From NCBI GenBank assembly GCA_965222225.1, contig CBDCTK010000002.1, forward strand, positions 4,576,001-4,640,000: a stretch of 64,000 bases of DNA, read 5' to 3'. The notes under the pieces are model-generated. The model worked only from the letters and a program-made list of their open reading frames with translations, did no database searches and had not been told where the DNA came from. Shown piece after piece: positions 32,566-43,721 of the stretch. The stretch is from Candidatus Poribacteria bacterium. Lineage in GTDB: Bacteria; Poribacteria; WGA-4E; JAJDTR01. Position 1 is the first letter of the stretch. Every line of letters begins with the position of its first letter. Both the position numbers and the translations under genes were made by a program.

Positions 32566-33444
32566 CTAGAATGCGAGCCAAACAGAACCGATAAACGCAG
32601 CCGTCAAAAGACCACCGCCGATGACAGCATACGGATTATAGTAGAATGGATCGTAACCACATCCATAATCAATCACTTCCTCTTCGTATTCCTCAACCAC
32701 CTCTTTCCGCGTCGTCATGGATTGGGGCGGATTTAGGTACTCACCATCGTCGTCGTCATCCTCTTCTTCTTCCCATCTTTTCTTGGTTTCCTCAATACCC
32801 CGTTCAATCACGTCGAGCATCACGTCATCTCCGGATATCTCGTCCCCCGTTTCCTCGTCAACATAAGCTAAATCCTCGGGCCAGAGGTTTGTATTTACAA
32901 TCTCTTCAACCTTCCCCCAAAACTCGTCGGAAACCAGATCGAATTGCCACGATTTCTCCATTCCGATTCTTCTTTCGGAGAGAAGCGACATGAAGGCTAT
33001 CGTGAAAGGGTTGAGATCCGTCTTGTGCCCTTCTCCTTCAGCGAGTCTCTGTTTGTAAATACATACGGCTACTCGTAAGTCTTCCCAGGTCGGCCGCCCC
33101 TCTTCGTCGAGCGCCTCCCAATCCGCGTCTTCATCGGCAAATGCGCCTTCACCCAAGTCTACACCGGCAAATATATCGTATGTTAGGATAAAGTCCCACC
33201 AACGTGCAATGAAATTGTGGTAAATCATCTCTCCCTTTCGGGTCGGTGAATAGTATTCGGCGCCTTCCTCAATAGTCCAATGCTCATCGAAATGTTCATC
33301 CAGTAGGTTTTCAAGAAACTTATAATCGCCGCTTAGCAAAACTGGCGGCAAATCCTTTTCTTCAATCATGCGATACAGGAGGAATCGGGAAGCCAACTTC
33401 GTCTTTAGTTCTTGATCCATTTGAATCTTTCTTTCAGACATCAC
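32566..33444 (-). CDS. Acidic hypothetical protein with C-terminal hydrophobic anchor
   Basis: 292 aa ORF, GAGGAG RBS, co-oriented with the two downstream genes. Confidence 0.75.
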   Translation of the reverse strand: MMSERKIQMDQELKTKLASRFLLYRMIEEKDLPPVLLSGDYKFLENLLDEHFDEHWTIEEGAEYYSPTRKGEMIYHNFIARWWDFILTYDIFAGVDLGEGAFADEDADWEALDEEGRPTWEDLRVAVCIYKQRLAEGEGHKTDLNPFTIAFMSLLSERRIGMEKSWQFDLVSDEFWGKVEEIVNTNLWPEDLAYVDEETGDEISGDDVMLDVIERGIEETKKRWEEEEDDDDDGEYLNPPQSMTTRKEVVEEYEEEVIDYGCGYDPFYYNPYAVIGGGLLTAAFIGSVWLAF

Positions 33445-33497
33445 AAACTCCTCGCGCCACTAGCAATGACTATCAATAATCGCCAATGCGAAATCTC

Positions 33498-33526
33498 TTG
33501 ACAATTTCGTAGGGATACATTATCAT
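33498..33526 (+). promoter_or_regulatory. Sigma-70 promoter of tRNA-Arg
   Basis: TTGACA-17 nt-TATCAT. Confidence 0.75.
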
Positions 33527-33539
33527 TCAAGTCCACGAC

Positions 33540-33613
<74 letters not shown>

Positions 33614-33879
33614 TCATCATCATCCCACCTTTTGTTCTTACCCACTCTTATGAGGCGTAGAGTTCCGAATTAGCGCCGATGTTCAATTATACTCTTGATT
33701 GACAATCGCTGTCAATGATTTAGATTCATCTGGCAAGAGTGAACTTTCTCCCACCCTTTGACAGCGATGAAGGAGATTTGCATCTCTCACAAGGACTGTA
33801 CGACACTTTCTAATCATTCGTCCGCGGCTTCAGGTCGTGCGTTCAAACGTCAACCAAACCCAAGAGGATACATAATGCG

Positions 33880-35283
33880 TCAATCAGCGCTGTGTAGGGC
33901 CAACCTGCGTTTTCGCGTGAGTGAAATGGAATTCGTCACAATTGAATCAATCTCTTCACGGTCCAAACCCATTAACCTCAAAAGGTAGAGTTGGAAAATC
34001 AACTCTACTTCCAGATAAAGAGACGGTAAATCCACCTTAGCTACTTCAGACTCCAAAGATTTGTCACGATGTGTTAGATAATTGCGCATAATCACAATCT
34101 GATGAATCAACACGCTTCGTTGTCTCTTGTCTCCCACGATTTCTTTGAATGGCGCAATAATCCACTTTATTCTTTTTCTTAAGGATAACTCATTTCCGTA
34201 GGCTAATTTTTCATTTAACCATCTCTGCTTATCGACCGGACATTGAGCCAGGAGGTATTTCTTTAAGTCCTCGAATTCGGATTGGTCCATCTGTGTGTCA
34301 TTTGAGGTCCTCCTATGGCATACTTCCAAACCTTGCACTAAGGTCAAGAATTTTACCTCAACGTATTGCGGTTCCGGCATTTGCGTCCAAAAGTACAAGT
34401 CTAATGTGGGTGCAAGTTGCTCGTAAGTATCTAGCCAATTATTAATTAAACGTTCAGCTTCTTCACGTATCATCTTAAATCCGAATAGCATGTTACTGCC
34501 ATAGTTCTTTGAATCGCTCTGAGAGGGCACCCAGCTCTGATAATAGATGCGAATCGGAATAACCTTTGTGACATCCTTTACAGGGCCTTGGCTTGGACCA
34601 TGTGAAGTTGCTAATATACTATGCAAACAGACGGCTTCGTTCATGGCGAAACGCAAAAATTTCGTGAATCTATGAGCAATCAGTATAAATTGGTCTAACT
34701 CGCGCAATTCCGTAGAAACTAACTTGAGATAAGTTTTCTGGCTTATACTTGCCTCCTTAGCATTCGAATTTGTCACTGGAGCTGTCCAAGCGAACGCGAT
34801 TGAGAATTGCAGATGTTTTTGGAGATTCATTGAAATCTCTGCAGGTTGTTGATATGAGATAGTTGCTTTGTTTTTTCGAAATTTTTCGTCAACCTTCAAC
34901 CCGGTTATTCCGATCCATTCATCAAGGCCTTCTACGCTAAAGGTTACAGTCTTAAAATGGGGTATTTCTTCCTCAGCATAGGAAGCCCCCAGAAACGCTC
35001 TAGACACATGAAGAATTGATTTCAATATCCCTCCTCTAAAATCAAGTGTCCTTGTTTTCTCAGAGCAATCATCCAGAGAAACAGGACCATCTTTTTCAAC
35101 CTGGCCCACTATTCGTTTCACATGATTGTCGTTAGGTCCAATCATTCCACCGTCCAAAGACTCTAGTACCTCCAGTTCAATTATCCCTCCATCTGATATG
35201 GAGAGCGTTCCAGGTACTTTTCGGTCAGGTGTACACGGTAGCCAAAAATAACCGAATCTCTTAAACTCTTCCTTAACTCTCAC
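33880..35283 (-). CDS. ApeA-like HEPN domain protein (putative anti-phage RNase)
   Basis: GYFWLP...VPGTL N-terminus, FLTLVQGLE..HR, NELSLRKRI, RNYLTH (HEPN RxxxxH); AT-rich. Confidence 0.8.
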   Translation of the reverse strand: MRVKEEFKRFGYFWLPCTPDRKVPGTLSISDGGIIELEVLESLDGGMIGPNDNHVKRIVGQVEKDGPVSLDDCSEKTRTLDFRGGILKSILHVSRAFLGASYAEEEIPHFKTVTFSVEGLDEWIGITGLKVDEKFRKNKATISYQQPAEISMNLQKHLQFSIAFAWTAPVTNSNAKEASISQKTYLKLVSTELRELDQFILIAHRFTKFLRFAMNEAVCLHSILATSHGPSQGPVKDVTKVIPIRIYYQSWVPSQSDSKNYGSNMLFGFKMIREEAERLINNWLDTYEQLAPTLDLYFWTQMPEPQYVEVKFLTLVQGLEVCHRRTSNDTQMDQSEFEDLKKYLLAQCPVDKQRWLNEKLAYGNELSLRKRIKWIIAPFKEIVGDKRQRSVLIHQIVIMRNYLTHRDKSLESEVAKVDLPSLYLEVELIFQLYLLRLMGLDREEIDSIVTNSISLTRKRRLALHSAD

Positions 35284-35587
35284 TCAGGTATCCTCCCAAT
35301 GTGGTTAGCGCGGTGGTTAGCGCGCGGATGATTCTTGACCTAGCAAATTAGACGCCGCCAAATGTCCAAGGTTGAATCGCTATACGTCCACCCATGAGGT
35401 CAAATCAAAATCCTTGATTCTCAGGCTACTTTTTGCTATAATCGCTGTGGGCGATTGGCAAGCTACTTTATGCCCATCTCACTTTAATCTGACAATCACC
35501 GTTACTGTGATTGTCAGTTCAGGAGGAAATACTTCTACCAATCTGTCTAATCTTTCCTTCTCGCACTGGAAAAAGCGATCAAAGCCC

Positions 35588-35689
35588 GTAGGTTGGGTTG
35601 AAGGAAATCCGTTAATAAGTGCTAGTCTTAGAGGAGTTTTCGAGTGCCTACTTTGCCTGAATGTACCAAAATTTGAGCGAAACCCAACA
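35588..35689 (+). repeat. REP element (GTAGGTTGGGTTGA...GAAACCCAAC)
   Basis: GTAG-led complementary arms GTTGGGTT / AACCCAAC. Confidence 0.6.
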
Positions 35690-35907
35690 CATTCTACTAC
35701 CATAAGACATCCTCTATGATTAAATGCGTTTCCCCTGGCGATGACCATACCTTTATTTAACAGTAGTTATAATCTATGAACGCCTGAGTGTAATTTATGA
35801 TAAAATATCCATGCCGATTAATATGCCCAAGGGCGCAGGAAAATTGCAGTTACTACGTAATTTTAGCATACCCAAAAGAAACACAACCTTGAACGAGGGA
35901 TTTCAGC

Positions 35908-37554
35908 ATGCCTACACTCGATTTCAAAGGAAAACAACATATCTACGCCCACCATCTTTCCGTTCCATACCAGCCTCTTGAACCTGACGAAACATGCTCC
36001 TGCAACCCGACCGGAAGTGAAGACGACAATCTCATCATCCACGGGGATAACCTGCACGCTCTTAAAGCCTTACTGCCTCGTTATGCGAACCGAGTGAAGT
36101 GTATCTACATCGATCCGCCCTACAATACCGGTAACGAGGCGTGGGAGTATAATGACAACGTAAACAGTCCGCTTATGCAGAGATGGATTAACGAAAACGG
36201 GCCTGTCGACAACGAAGACCTCGAGCGTCACGACAAATGGCTCTGCATGATGTGGCCAAGGCTACACCTACTCAAAGAACTTCTTGCTGAAGATGGTGTC
36301 ATTTTTATCTCAATTGATGATAACGAGCACCACCACCTCCGAATGTTAATGGAGGAGATTTTTGGGGACAATAATTTCAGAAACGTAATTGCCGTCCGGC
36401 GGGGTGTGAAGAATGTTCAAGCCCAATTCGATCGGATTGACCGACTTAATATAGGGTCAGAGTATATAATGTTTTTCAGCAAATCTCACGAAACTAGATT
36501 TGGCCATTTGACCGCTAATACAGAAGGCGATAAGTGTGGCGGATGGAACAATCACTGGCGTGGCACCGATAGACCAACGATGCGATATGAACTAATGGGC
36601 ATAACACCTGAAACAGGGCAGTGGAGATGGAGTGAAGACAGAAGTTCCGCGGCCATACACAACTATGCGCGCATGCTCGAAGAATGTGGACCGACACCTA
36701 GTCAAGCTGAAATCGACGAGTGGTGGTTTGCTCAGTCACCCCAAAAACCTGATTTGTTGCGAATGTCTACGAGAAATCGGCCGGAGCATTACGTACCCCC
36801 AGCAGATAAACGCATACTAAGTTCCCTTTGGACGGATTTGGTTGTTAATGAATCCTCATCAATGACAAAGGCATTGAAAGTGGCCTTTGCAAATCCAAAG
36901 CGCACAGATCTCATGAAACGTGTTATTGATTACGCCACGGCTAACGATGAAAATGCCATCATCCTTGACTCATTCGCAGGATCAGGAACTACTGCTCATG
37001 CGGTCCTAGCACTAAACAAAGAAGATGGCGGTAGCCGAAAGTTTATCCTCATTGAGTGCGAAGATTACGCCGACACGATTACCGCGGAGCGCGTCCGCAG
37101 AGTCATCAACGGCGTACCCGATGCCAGCGACGCTTCACTGCGTGAAGGATTAGGCGGATCGTTCACCTACTGCACATTGGGACCACCGATGGAGATAGAA
37201 GGGATGCTCACCGGGGACGCGCTTCCGCCTTATGAACCACTCGCTGCCTATCTGCTTCATACCGCCTCTGGGATTACACATGGTGAAAGCCGGTTGACAC
37301 CGAAAAACGATGATGGTCTATTTTACAGGGGAGACAAAGTCGATTACTATATGCTCTACAAACCCAATCTTGATTACCTGTGCAGCAATGAGGCGATGCT
37401 AACTCAAGATCAGGCAGAACGCATTCGGGACGCTAGTTGTCGCAATGGAAGGAAGGCAACTGTATACGCACCCGGAAAGTACATCAGCCAGAAAGATCTT
37501 ACACCGATGGGAATTACCTTTTGCCAACTCCCACACGCCCTGCATCAAAGATAA
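35908..37554 (+). CDS. mod: Type III restriction-modification methyltransferase (Mod)
   Basis: IIHGDNLHAL, IYIDPPYNTG, FISIDDNE, LDSFAGSGTT. Confidence 0.92.
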   Translation: MPTLDFKGKQHIYAHHLSVPYQPLEPDETCSCNPTGSEDDNLIIHGDNLHALKALLPRYANRVKCIYIDPPYNTGNEAWEYNDNVNSPLMQRWINENGPVDNEDLERHDKWLCMMWPRLHLLKELLAEDGVIFISIDDNEHHHLRMLMEEIFGDNNFRNVIAVRRGVKNVQAQFDRIDRLNIGSEYIMFFSKSHETRFGHLTANTEGDKCGGWNNHWRGTDRPTMRYELMGITPETGQWRWSEDRSSAAIHNYARMLEECGPTPSQAEIDEWWFAQSPQKPDLLRMSTRNRPEHYVPPADKRILSSLWTDLVVNESSSMTKALKVAFANPKRTDLMKRVIDYATANDENAIILDSFAGSGTTAHAVLALNKEDGGSRKFILIECEDYADTITAERVRRVINGVPDASDASLREGLGGSFTYCTLGPPMEIEGMLTGDALPPYEPLAAYLLHTASGITHGESRLTPKNDDGLFYRGDKVDYYMLYKPNLDYLCSNEAMLTQDQAERIRDASCRNGRKATVYAPGKYISQKDLTPMGITFCQLPHALHQR

Positions 37555-37690
37555 CTAGGAACAGGCGATGGATTCCCTACTTCAAACAATGGTTGTATCT
37601 AGTTTTTCCATGCCATCGGCTATTTTCTCACCGTATCAAACGACCGATCTGAATTCTGAATGAAGTACGTCAGATTCAAGGAATACAGTC

Positions 37691-39226
37691 ATGAGACAAT
37701 TAAGTGAAGCAACTATGAAACATTGGCGCGAGGCAAAAGAGGCTTGCCTAGAAAACGCCCAAGAACTGCTCAACTCGGCGAGAGCCTTGAATGGCAAAAA
37801 AACTGCTCATATTCGCTATCATCTGGCAGTGCTTGCGATGGAGGAAGTAGGTAAAGTTGGGCTTCTCGCGGTGGAATTTACAAGGCACGTGTTTGATGAA
37901 GATGACATTGAACCAAATCTTGCGCTAGACAACCATGTAAAGAAGCTATTTTGGGCTATCTTCACACCACTTATTGAACAGAAACGATTGACAAAAGAAG
38001 ATATTGAATCATATAGAGGTCTTGCTAAGAATGTCCATGAAAGACGCCTAGAATCTCTATACACAAATCCACAAACGCCACTACTTCCGCAAGATAGAGT
38101 TGCAGAAGAGGAAGCGATTAATTTAATAAAATTCGCCGAATCACGGCTAAATTTGGAACAAGGATACGATATTTCTGATATTCCCGATGAGTCAAGACTA
38201 GAAGACTTTTATTGGTTTTACTCTGCTACAAATGATAAAGAAAAACAATGTCAAATTTTGAGCACTACTTCCTTGGATAAATTAGCCGACTTGGGAAACG
38301 TCCACGAATGGATTAAATGGCTACGCGCAGAGTTTAAAAAAAGTGAGGAAGAATCTAGGGAAATCTTGCAGCGGGAAATGGCAAAAGGTGTGGTAGGGGG
38401 AGTTGAAGGTGATGATCCAAAGTGGAAAGTAAAATTCCGTCTATATAGCGCATCACACTCGATTCAACGAAAGGGTTTGAAAAAATGGAATGAAATTGCC
38501 AGATCCTTTATGAAACTTGATAATCCCAACAAGCGAAGAAAGAACGAGATAATCTGTCAACTTACTTTAGCTAAGCGAGTTTCTGTTCAAGCCCTATGGG
38601 ACACTGCATTGGGAATTACTAGGAGTTTTGTTGCCGCATTGAATATAGGGTCTATGGGGTTATTTTGGTGGCATGTTGACAAAGATATAGCGCGGTTTTA
38701 TGAGAAGATCCTGGATATAGAAAATGATGCAGAACCAAAAGTCCGTATTTCCCCTCAATTGAGTGTGGACTGGGGACACCAAGCTTTGACAGAAGATGAT
38801 GCGATTGAAACACACCGTGTTTTCGGTTTTCTCCTGAAACCCAATCGCTTCTCCGAGCAAAAGAGACACGCTTTAGAAATATACCTTACCGGATTGGTGT
38901 TGACAAGCAAGATTGACATTCACCTACGTCTTGAAGCAAGTGCATTTGAATATTTCTTTAAGGCGTTAAAGACCTTATTTGCTGCTAGTGGTGACTGGGA
39001 CGGTCATACAGACCTCAAACTTGCTGTTGAAACTCAACTGAATCAGATTCTTCCATCCATAACAGAACTGTCCGACTATTTGGAACTAGGGATGCGACTT
39101 GAAAGAAGGGACAGTCTTTTCAAACCAATCACTCTAACGGAAGTCGTCGGAATGAAATTCTATTGCGATTCTTACTTCATCTTGTTAGCCCGGAGGGAGA
39201 TTGCTCGACACAGAGCCCACGCGTAA
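37691..39226 (+). CDS. AbiV-family abortive infection protein with long C-terminal extension
   Basis: CLENAQELLNSA...LAVLAMEEVGK...NHVKK...RRLESLY in the N-terminal third; AT-rich. Confidence 0.75.
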   Translation: MRQLSEATMKHWREAKEACLENAQELLNSARALNGKKTAHIRYHLAVLAMEEVGKVGLLAVEFTRHVFDEDDIEPNLALDNHVKKLFWAIFTPLIEQKRLTKEDIESYRGLAKNVHERRLESLYTNPQTPLLPQDRVAEEEAINLIKFAESRLNLEQGYDISDIPDESRLEDFYWFYSATNDKEKQCQILSTTSLDKLADLGNVHEWIKWLRAEFKKSEEESREILQREMAKGVVGGVEGDDPKWKVKFRLYSASHSIQRKGLKKWNEIARSFMKLDNPNKRRKNEIICQLTLAKRVSVQALWDTALGITRSFVAALNIGSMGLFWWHVDKDIARFYEKILDIENDAEPKVRISPQLSVDWGHQALTEDDAIETHRVFGFLLKPNRFSEQKRHALEIYLTGLVLTSKIDIHLRLEASAFEYFFKALKTLFAASGDWDGHTDLKLAVETQLNQILPSITELSDYLELGMRLERRDSLFKPITLTEVVGMKFYCDSYFILLARREIARHRAHA

Positions 39227-39342
39227 GATCATCCCATTTTGTCCGTCTGCATATTAGAATACTGCTGATTCGGATTTACCACAACCTAGTTAATCGAAGT
39301 AAGAGTTTTTCTGACTCCATATCGTAATAAGCAGATGATACT

Positions 39343-41901
39343 ATGCTGGAATTGAAAACTTACCAGACCCGCGTCCTTGATGCTTTTACCAGTTGGTTGG
39401 ATACGCTTGAAACGGCACAACAACAATCCGAAACCGCCATTAGTGCATGGCCAGAGGCTGCTGGCGAAATCCCCGACGCGGTCAAAAACTATCCTAGAAT
39501 GGCGTGGGAAAAACTGTCGGAAACCGGTGGCGTTGCTGACAATGCGCGTGAATACGTTGACCGCACCGACGAGGCGAACCGCCCAATTCCGCATATATGC
39601 TTCAAAGTGCCTACTGGCGGCGGCAAAACCCTGCTCGCGGCTTCTGCTCTGGGACGTCTCAATCGACAAACCGGATTGACATTGTGGATTGTTCCAACCA
39701 AGGCAATCTATCAACAAACGAAAGCCGCGCTCTGGAATCGGGAACACCCCTACCGCCAAACCTTGGATCGTGCCAGCGCAGGCAGAGTCAAAGTGTTGGA
39801 AAAGGACGACTCTTTCAACCGAGACGACATTGCCAATTACCTGTGTGTGATGCTATTGATGTTGCCGGCAACCAACCGGCAAAAAGGGAAAGAATTCCTT
39901 CGTATGTTTCGAGATTCCGGACGTTATCTCAGCTTTTTCCCCGAGATTGATGATGTATTCGGCGATGCTCGACTGTTAAACGAATGCCCTGATCTGGAGT
40001 GTCACGGTCAACGTGGTCACGTCAAACAGAGCCTGTTTAACGTTTTCAAGATACTGCGTCCCGTGGTGGTTCTCGACGAGGCGCATAAAGCCTATGGAGC
40101 GAAAAAGAGGGAATCTAACGAGGAATTCGCCCGTTCCATCTCCCGCCTTAATCCCAGCATGGTTATTGAGCTCTCCGCGACGCCGAACCGTGGCATCAGC
40201 AATCTGCTGGTTGACATTGACGGTCCCGATCTCAAGAAGGAGGAGATGATTAAGTTGCCGGTGCAGGTGACATCATTCCCCAATGCCGAATGGCAGTTGA
40301 CACTAAGTCAGGCAGTGGAAGAGCTGGATCTGCTTAACGCTGAAGCCGAATCGCTCGGCAAAAACACCGGGCGTTATATACGCCCAATCGCTGTCGTGCG
40401 CGTAGAGAGAACAGGAAAAGATCAGAGGGATGGGGAAAATATCCATGCTGAAGATGTGCGGCAGTATCTCGAACAGAATTTGCATGTGTCCTCAGATGCA
40501 ATTCGCGTGAAATCCGCCGAAAACGATGAACTTGGCAGAGAAGATTTGCTCTCCGAATATTCTAAAGTCAAGTGGATAATCACAAAATCGGCGTTGATGG
40601 AGGGGTGGGACTGCCCGTTCGCCTACCTGTTAGTGATGCTAGACAACACGCAATCACAAAAGGCGATTACCCAACTTGTCGGCAGAGTCATGCGGCAACC
40701 TCACGCACATCTCACTGGGAGACAAGCGCTGGATCGGTGTTACGTCTACTGCCATAACGCCGAAGTTGGCGCCGTCGTCAAGCAGGTCAAAAACGGCCTG
40801 GAAGCGGAAGGATTAACAGGCTTGGGCGACGAAGTATTAGGAACGACCGTTGCAGAACAAGCGGATACAGTTCGGAAAACCGTGAAACGACGCGAGCAGT
40901 TTCGCGACGAGGATATCTTTCTGCCGAGGGTTTTACATACAGATGGCGAAAATTGGATTCAACTTGATTACCAGCGACATATCCTACCGTATATAGACTG
41001 GTTAGCGATTGAAGCGCCCGACTCGCATGCATCTGCGCCTGCGAGTGTAAGACGGCAATCCGCAACGGTTAATCTTGATGATAGACCGTCCATTTTTCAT
41101 GATGACCTAGAATTGCAAATTGACAAATCAGTTAAAGTATCCGACCTCGCACGCCATCTTTCCGACGTTGTCCCGAACCCGTGGCACGCTGCACGCATCG
41201 TGCGGCAGATGATTAAAAGTCTTAAAGGGGAAAATTACAGTGAGACAGATATCTATGACCGTCGTGCTTACCTCGCTCAAGTGCTGCGCGAGCACGTGAA
41301 AAACGAAGTGGAAACGCAAGCGGAGGACGTCTTTCGGGACAAACTGAACGAGCACGAAATTCGCTTTGATTTGGAGACAGGCCAACCAAATTACCGGATG
41401 GCAGGAAGCTATGAGATACAGGTTGGTCCTAATGATAGACCTCTCATAAGAAGAAACTATGAACCGGTGCAGCTAACCCTGTTTGAGCCGGTATTTGAGC
41501 GCGAGTTCGATAACGAGTTGGAAAGAAAATTCGCATACTATCTTGATGAGCAGTGTGCGCTGCAATGGTGGCATCGTGTAGCGGCGCGCCAACAGGGGGA
41601 ATACTATCTGCAAGGGTGGAAGCAGGGGCGCATTTACCCGGACTTTGTCGCGTTGGCTAATGGAGGTGCTGACGAAAAGCGCGTTCTGATATTTGATACA
41701 AAAGGCGAACACCTTGCCGGTAACCTCGACACTGAATACAAAAGGAAAGTGTTAGAAACGCTTGAAGGGACGTTTAACGCCGCTGGTACACTGAGACTAC
41801 ACGAAGGCACGACCGTTAAAGGCGTATTTCAGTTGATTTTCAACAGACACCTTGAGACGGACTTTGCAGAGATTACCCCATTGCTAACGGGAGAACTATA
41901 G
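39343..41901 (+). CDS. res: Type III restriction enzyme Res subunit (DEAH helicase plus PD-(D/E)xK nuclease)
   Basis: LKTYQ, VPTGGGKT, LDEAH, SAT, MEGWD, QLVGRVMR, IYPDF...DTKG. Confidence 0.92.
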   Translation: MLELKTYQTRVLDAFTSWLDTLETAQQQSETAISAWPEAAGEIPDAVKNYPRMAWEKLSETGGVADNAREYVDRTDEANRPIPHICFKVPTGGGKTLLAASALGRLNRQTGLTLWIVPTKAIYQQTKAALWNREHPYRQTLDRASAGRVKVLEKDDSFNRDDIANYLCVMLLMLPATNRQKGKEFLRMFRDSGRYLSFFPEIDDVFGDARLLNECPDLECHGQRGHVKQSLFNVFKILRPVVVLDEAHKAYGAKKRESNEEFARSISRLNPSMVIELSATPNRGISNLLVDIDGPDLKKEEMIKLPVQVTSFPNAEWQLTLSQAVEELDLLNAEAESLGKNTGRYIRPIAVVRVERTGKDQRDGENIHAEDVRQYLEQNLHVSSDAIRVKSAENDELGREDLLSEYSKVKWIITKSALMEGWDCPFAYLLVMLDNTQSQKAITQLVGRVMRQPHAHLTGRQALDRCYVYCHNAEVGAVVKQVKNGLEAEGLTGLGDEVLGTTVAEQADTVRKTVKRREQFRDEDIFLPRVLHTDGENWIQLDYQRHILPYIDWLAIEAPDSHASAPASVRRQSATVNLDDRPSIFHDDLELQIDKSVKVSDLARHLSDVVPNPWHAARIVRQMIKSLKGENYSETDIYDRRAYLAQVLREHVKNEVETQAEDVFRDKLNEHEIRFDLETGQPNYRMAGSYEIQVGPNDRPLIRRNYEPVQLTLFEPVFEREFDNELERKFAYYLDEQCALQWWHRVAARQQGEYYLQGWKQGRIYPDFVALANGGADEKRVLIFDTKGEHLAGNLDTEYKRKVLETLEGTFNAAGTLRLHEGTTVKGVFQLIFNRHLETDFAEITPLLTGEL

Positions 41902-42257
41902 TTTTCCTGCCCGAAAGCGTAGGACGATCGAGTGAAACCCAATACCTCATTTATAGCCCCCATCTCCTGATAGCGAATTCTTATTCGTGAGCAAATCGCC
42001 CCCTCCGTTCTTCCATCCTTCCCCATTTCTTTCCTCCCGCAACGGATCGCCTTAAGATTGACAACTATACAATTGTGTAGTATGATTGTAGCAGAGAATA
42101 AGCAACTGTCTATAGAAATACAACAACAGCGGTAGGCGTCTGGCAAGGAATCCGATAACTGAGAATGGGCGTCTTTGCCCAACGCCCTCTTTGGCTTCCA
42201 ACATCGCCATGAATGTTCGTCCCATGCCAACCCGTCATCGCGGCGGAACTTTTTTTC

Positions 42258-42338
42258 TTGTTAGCATTTTGTTAGCATTGTCATTCCTGAGAACCCGCAC
42301 TACCAAAGGAAACATCTATTTCAGAAAATGCTAACAAG
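42258..42338. repeat. TTGTTAGCATT direct and inverted repeats
   Basis: TTGTTAGCATT at 42258 and 42269; inverted AATGCTAACAA near 42328..42337. Confidence 0.7.
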
Positions 42339-42402
42339 CACGCTTAAATCGATTCTCCGTCGGCATCATGTGCGGCAACATCAATAGATTTTGGATACCA
42401 CC

Positions 42403-42857
42403 ATGCAATACGACAGAAGATTAGCAGGCGAAACCGCGTTAGCCTTTGAATATTTTGAACTCTACCGAGATATGCCAGACCGCACGCTGCGCAAACTTTC
42501 CCTGATCCAGGTGCGCGGCAAGACCCGACATTTGAAAACCATCGGGCGCTGGTCAACCAATTTCCGCTGGCAAGAACGAGTGAAATCGTTTGACGACGAG
42601 AAAAACCGCCGCGCCGCTCAGAAATAGCAGCACGCCAACAAGCGGAAATCGAAGCATTCATTGAGGCAGACCTGCAAATCGCGCGAGATATTCAAGAGTT
42701 AACCCAGCAACTCTTGGCGCAAATCAAAGAATCGCAAACGCGAGACGCTGCAGAAATGCGCAAGTTGGCGTTGATGTACAACGTATCGCGCATCTGGCTA
42801 ATGGAGTTGGTTGGCATCATAAAGGAAAAAGATAATGGCAAAACCGAAACGAGTTAA
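42403..42857 (+). pseudogene. Phage-related HTH protein (terminase small subunit-like), frameshifted near 42620
   Basis: GETALAFEYFELYRDMPDRTLRKL...RWSTNFRWQERVKSFD; continues in another frame EIAARQQAEIEAFIEAD...NGKTETS*. Confidence 0.55.
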
Positions 42858-43719
42858 CCTCGGTGAACTCCGCTATCCCGCGCAGCACGCGGCGCACCCG
42901 TGCGGCGGCGACGAACAGCACCAATCCTGCACAGTTTGGACGTTCGCCAAGTTTGAGTTAGATTACCTGTACGACTTGCTCATTAATCTCAAATCGGGGT
43001 ATGCCGCCAGAGAAAGATCATCCATTACATGGGGTGCCCCCGAATGGCCTCTTCCAACCGAGCTGGAGGTCAGCGATTGCTTGCATAAAACGTTCGTTCA
43101 AGACTGCGCACTTCACCAAGCCACAAAACGACTCTCCCATCCCTATCGACGCAAATACTCCTCTGCCTATGTAATCGCCGTACGCAATGCGGTGTACAAT
43201 TCGATTGAGCAAATGAGTGACGAGGGGATGTCCCCGGACCCGATGGCTCCCCTTCATGTGGCTCCCCTTCATGGCCTTGTTTCCGCTGTCGAAGCCCACG
43301 CTGCCCACAGCTTGTCAAAAACGCCGGAACAGTACAATCGAGACACGCAAATCGCTGTTGAAATCGAGAAGGAACTAAACCATAAGAAACACCTGGATTT
43401 GAAGCCCGAAACCCGGAGAATTAGCAATCTGATCAAAGAAACCCCGCTTGCTCACGACGACTGGGATCAGTTTCTATGGAGCGACTTCTTGGACAGCGTC
43501 TTCACCCATTCGGCGCGCTTTACCATCGAAGTTTCACCCGCGGACCTCGGCCCAAACATGCCCTCCCTGCGTCAGAAAGCTGGCGCTCCCGTTAAACCTG
43601 ACGCCCAAATTCTGCGAAGAATGCAGCGGCAAACCGCCCGAACGACATGTCACCAAATCGGACGCGCATATTTCTCTGACGCATTCATTGATGAATTTCT
43701 TCGAAACATCAAGACTTAA
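42835..43719 (+). CDS. Hypothetical protein
   Basis: 294 aa ORF with AAGGA RBS overlapping the upstream gene end. Confidence 0.65.
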   Translation: MAKPKRVNLGELRYPAQHAAHPCGGDEQHQSCTVWTFAKFELDYLYDLLINLKSGYAARERSSITWGAPEWPLPTELEVSDCLHKTFVQDCALHQATKRLSHPYRRKYSSAYVIAVRNAVYNSIEQMSDEGMSPDPMAPLHVAPLHGLVSAVEAHAAHSLSKTPEQYNRDTQIAVEIEKELNHKKHLDLKPETRRISNLIKETPLAHDDWDQFLWSDFLDSVFTHSARFTIEVSPADLGPNMPSLRQKAGAPVKPDAQILRRMQRQTARTTCHQIGRAYFSDAFIDEFLRNIKT

Positions 43720-43721
43720 AC

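Noticed and set aside
33698-33716. ATTGACA-N5-TGTCAAT palindrome downstream of the tRNA
   Set aside because: Could be an operator or terminator, but it is a single instance with no adjacent gene start to support a function.
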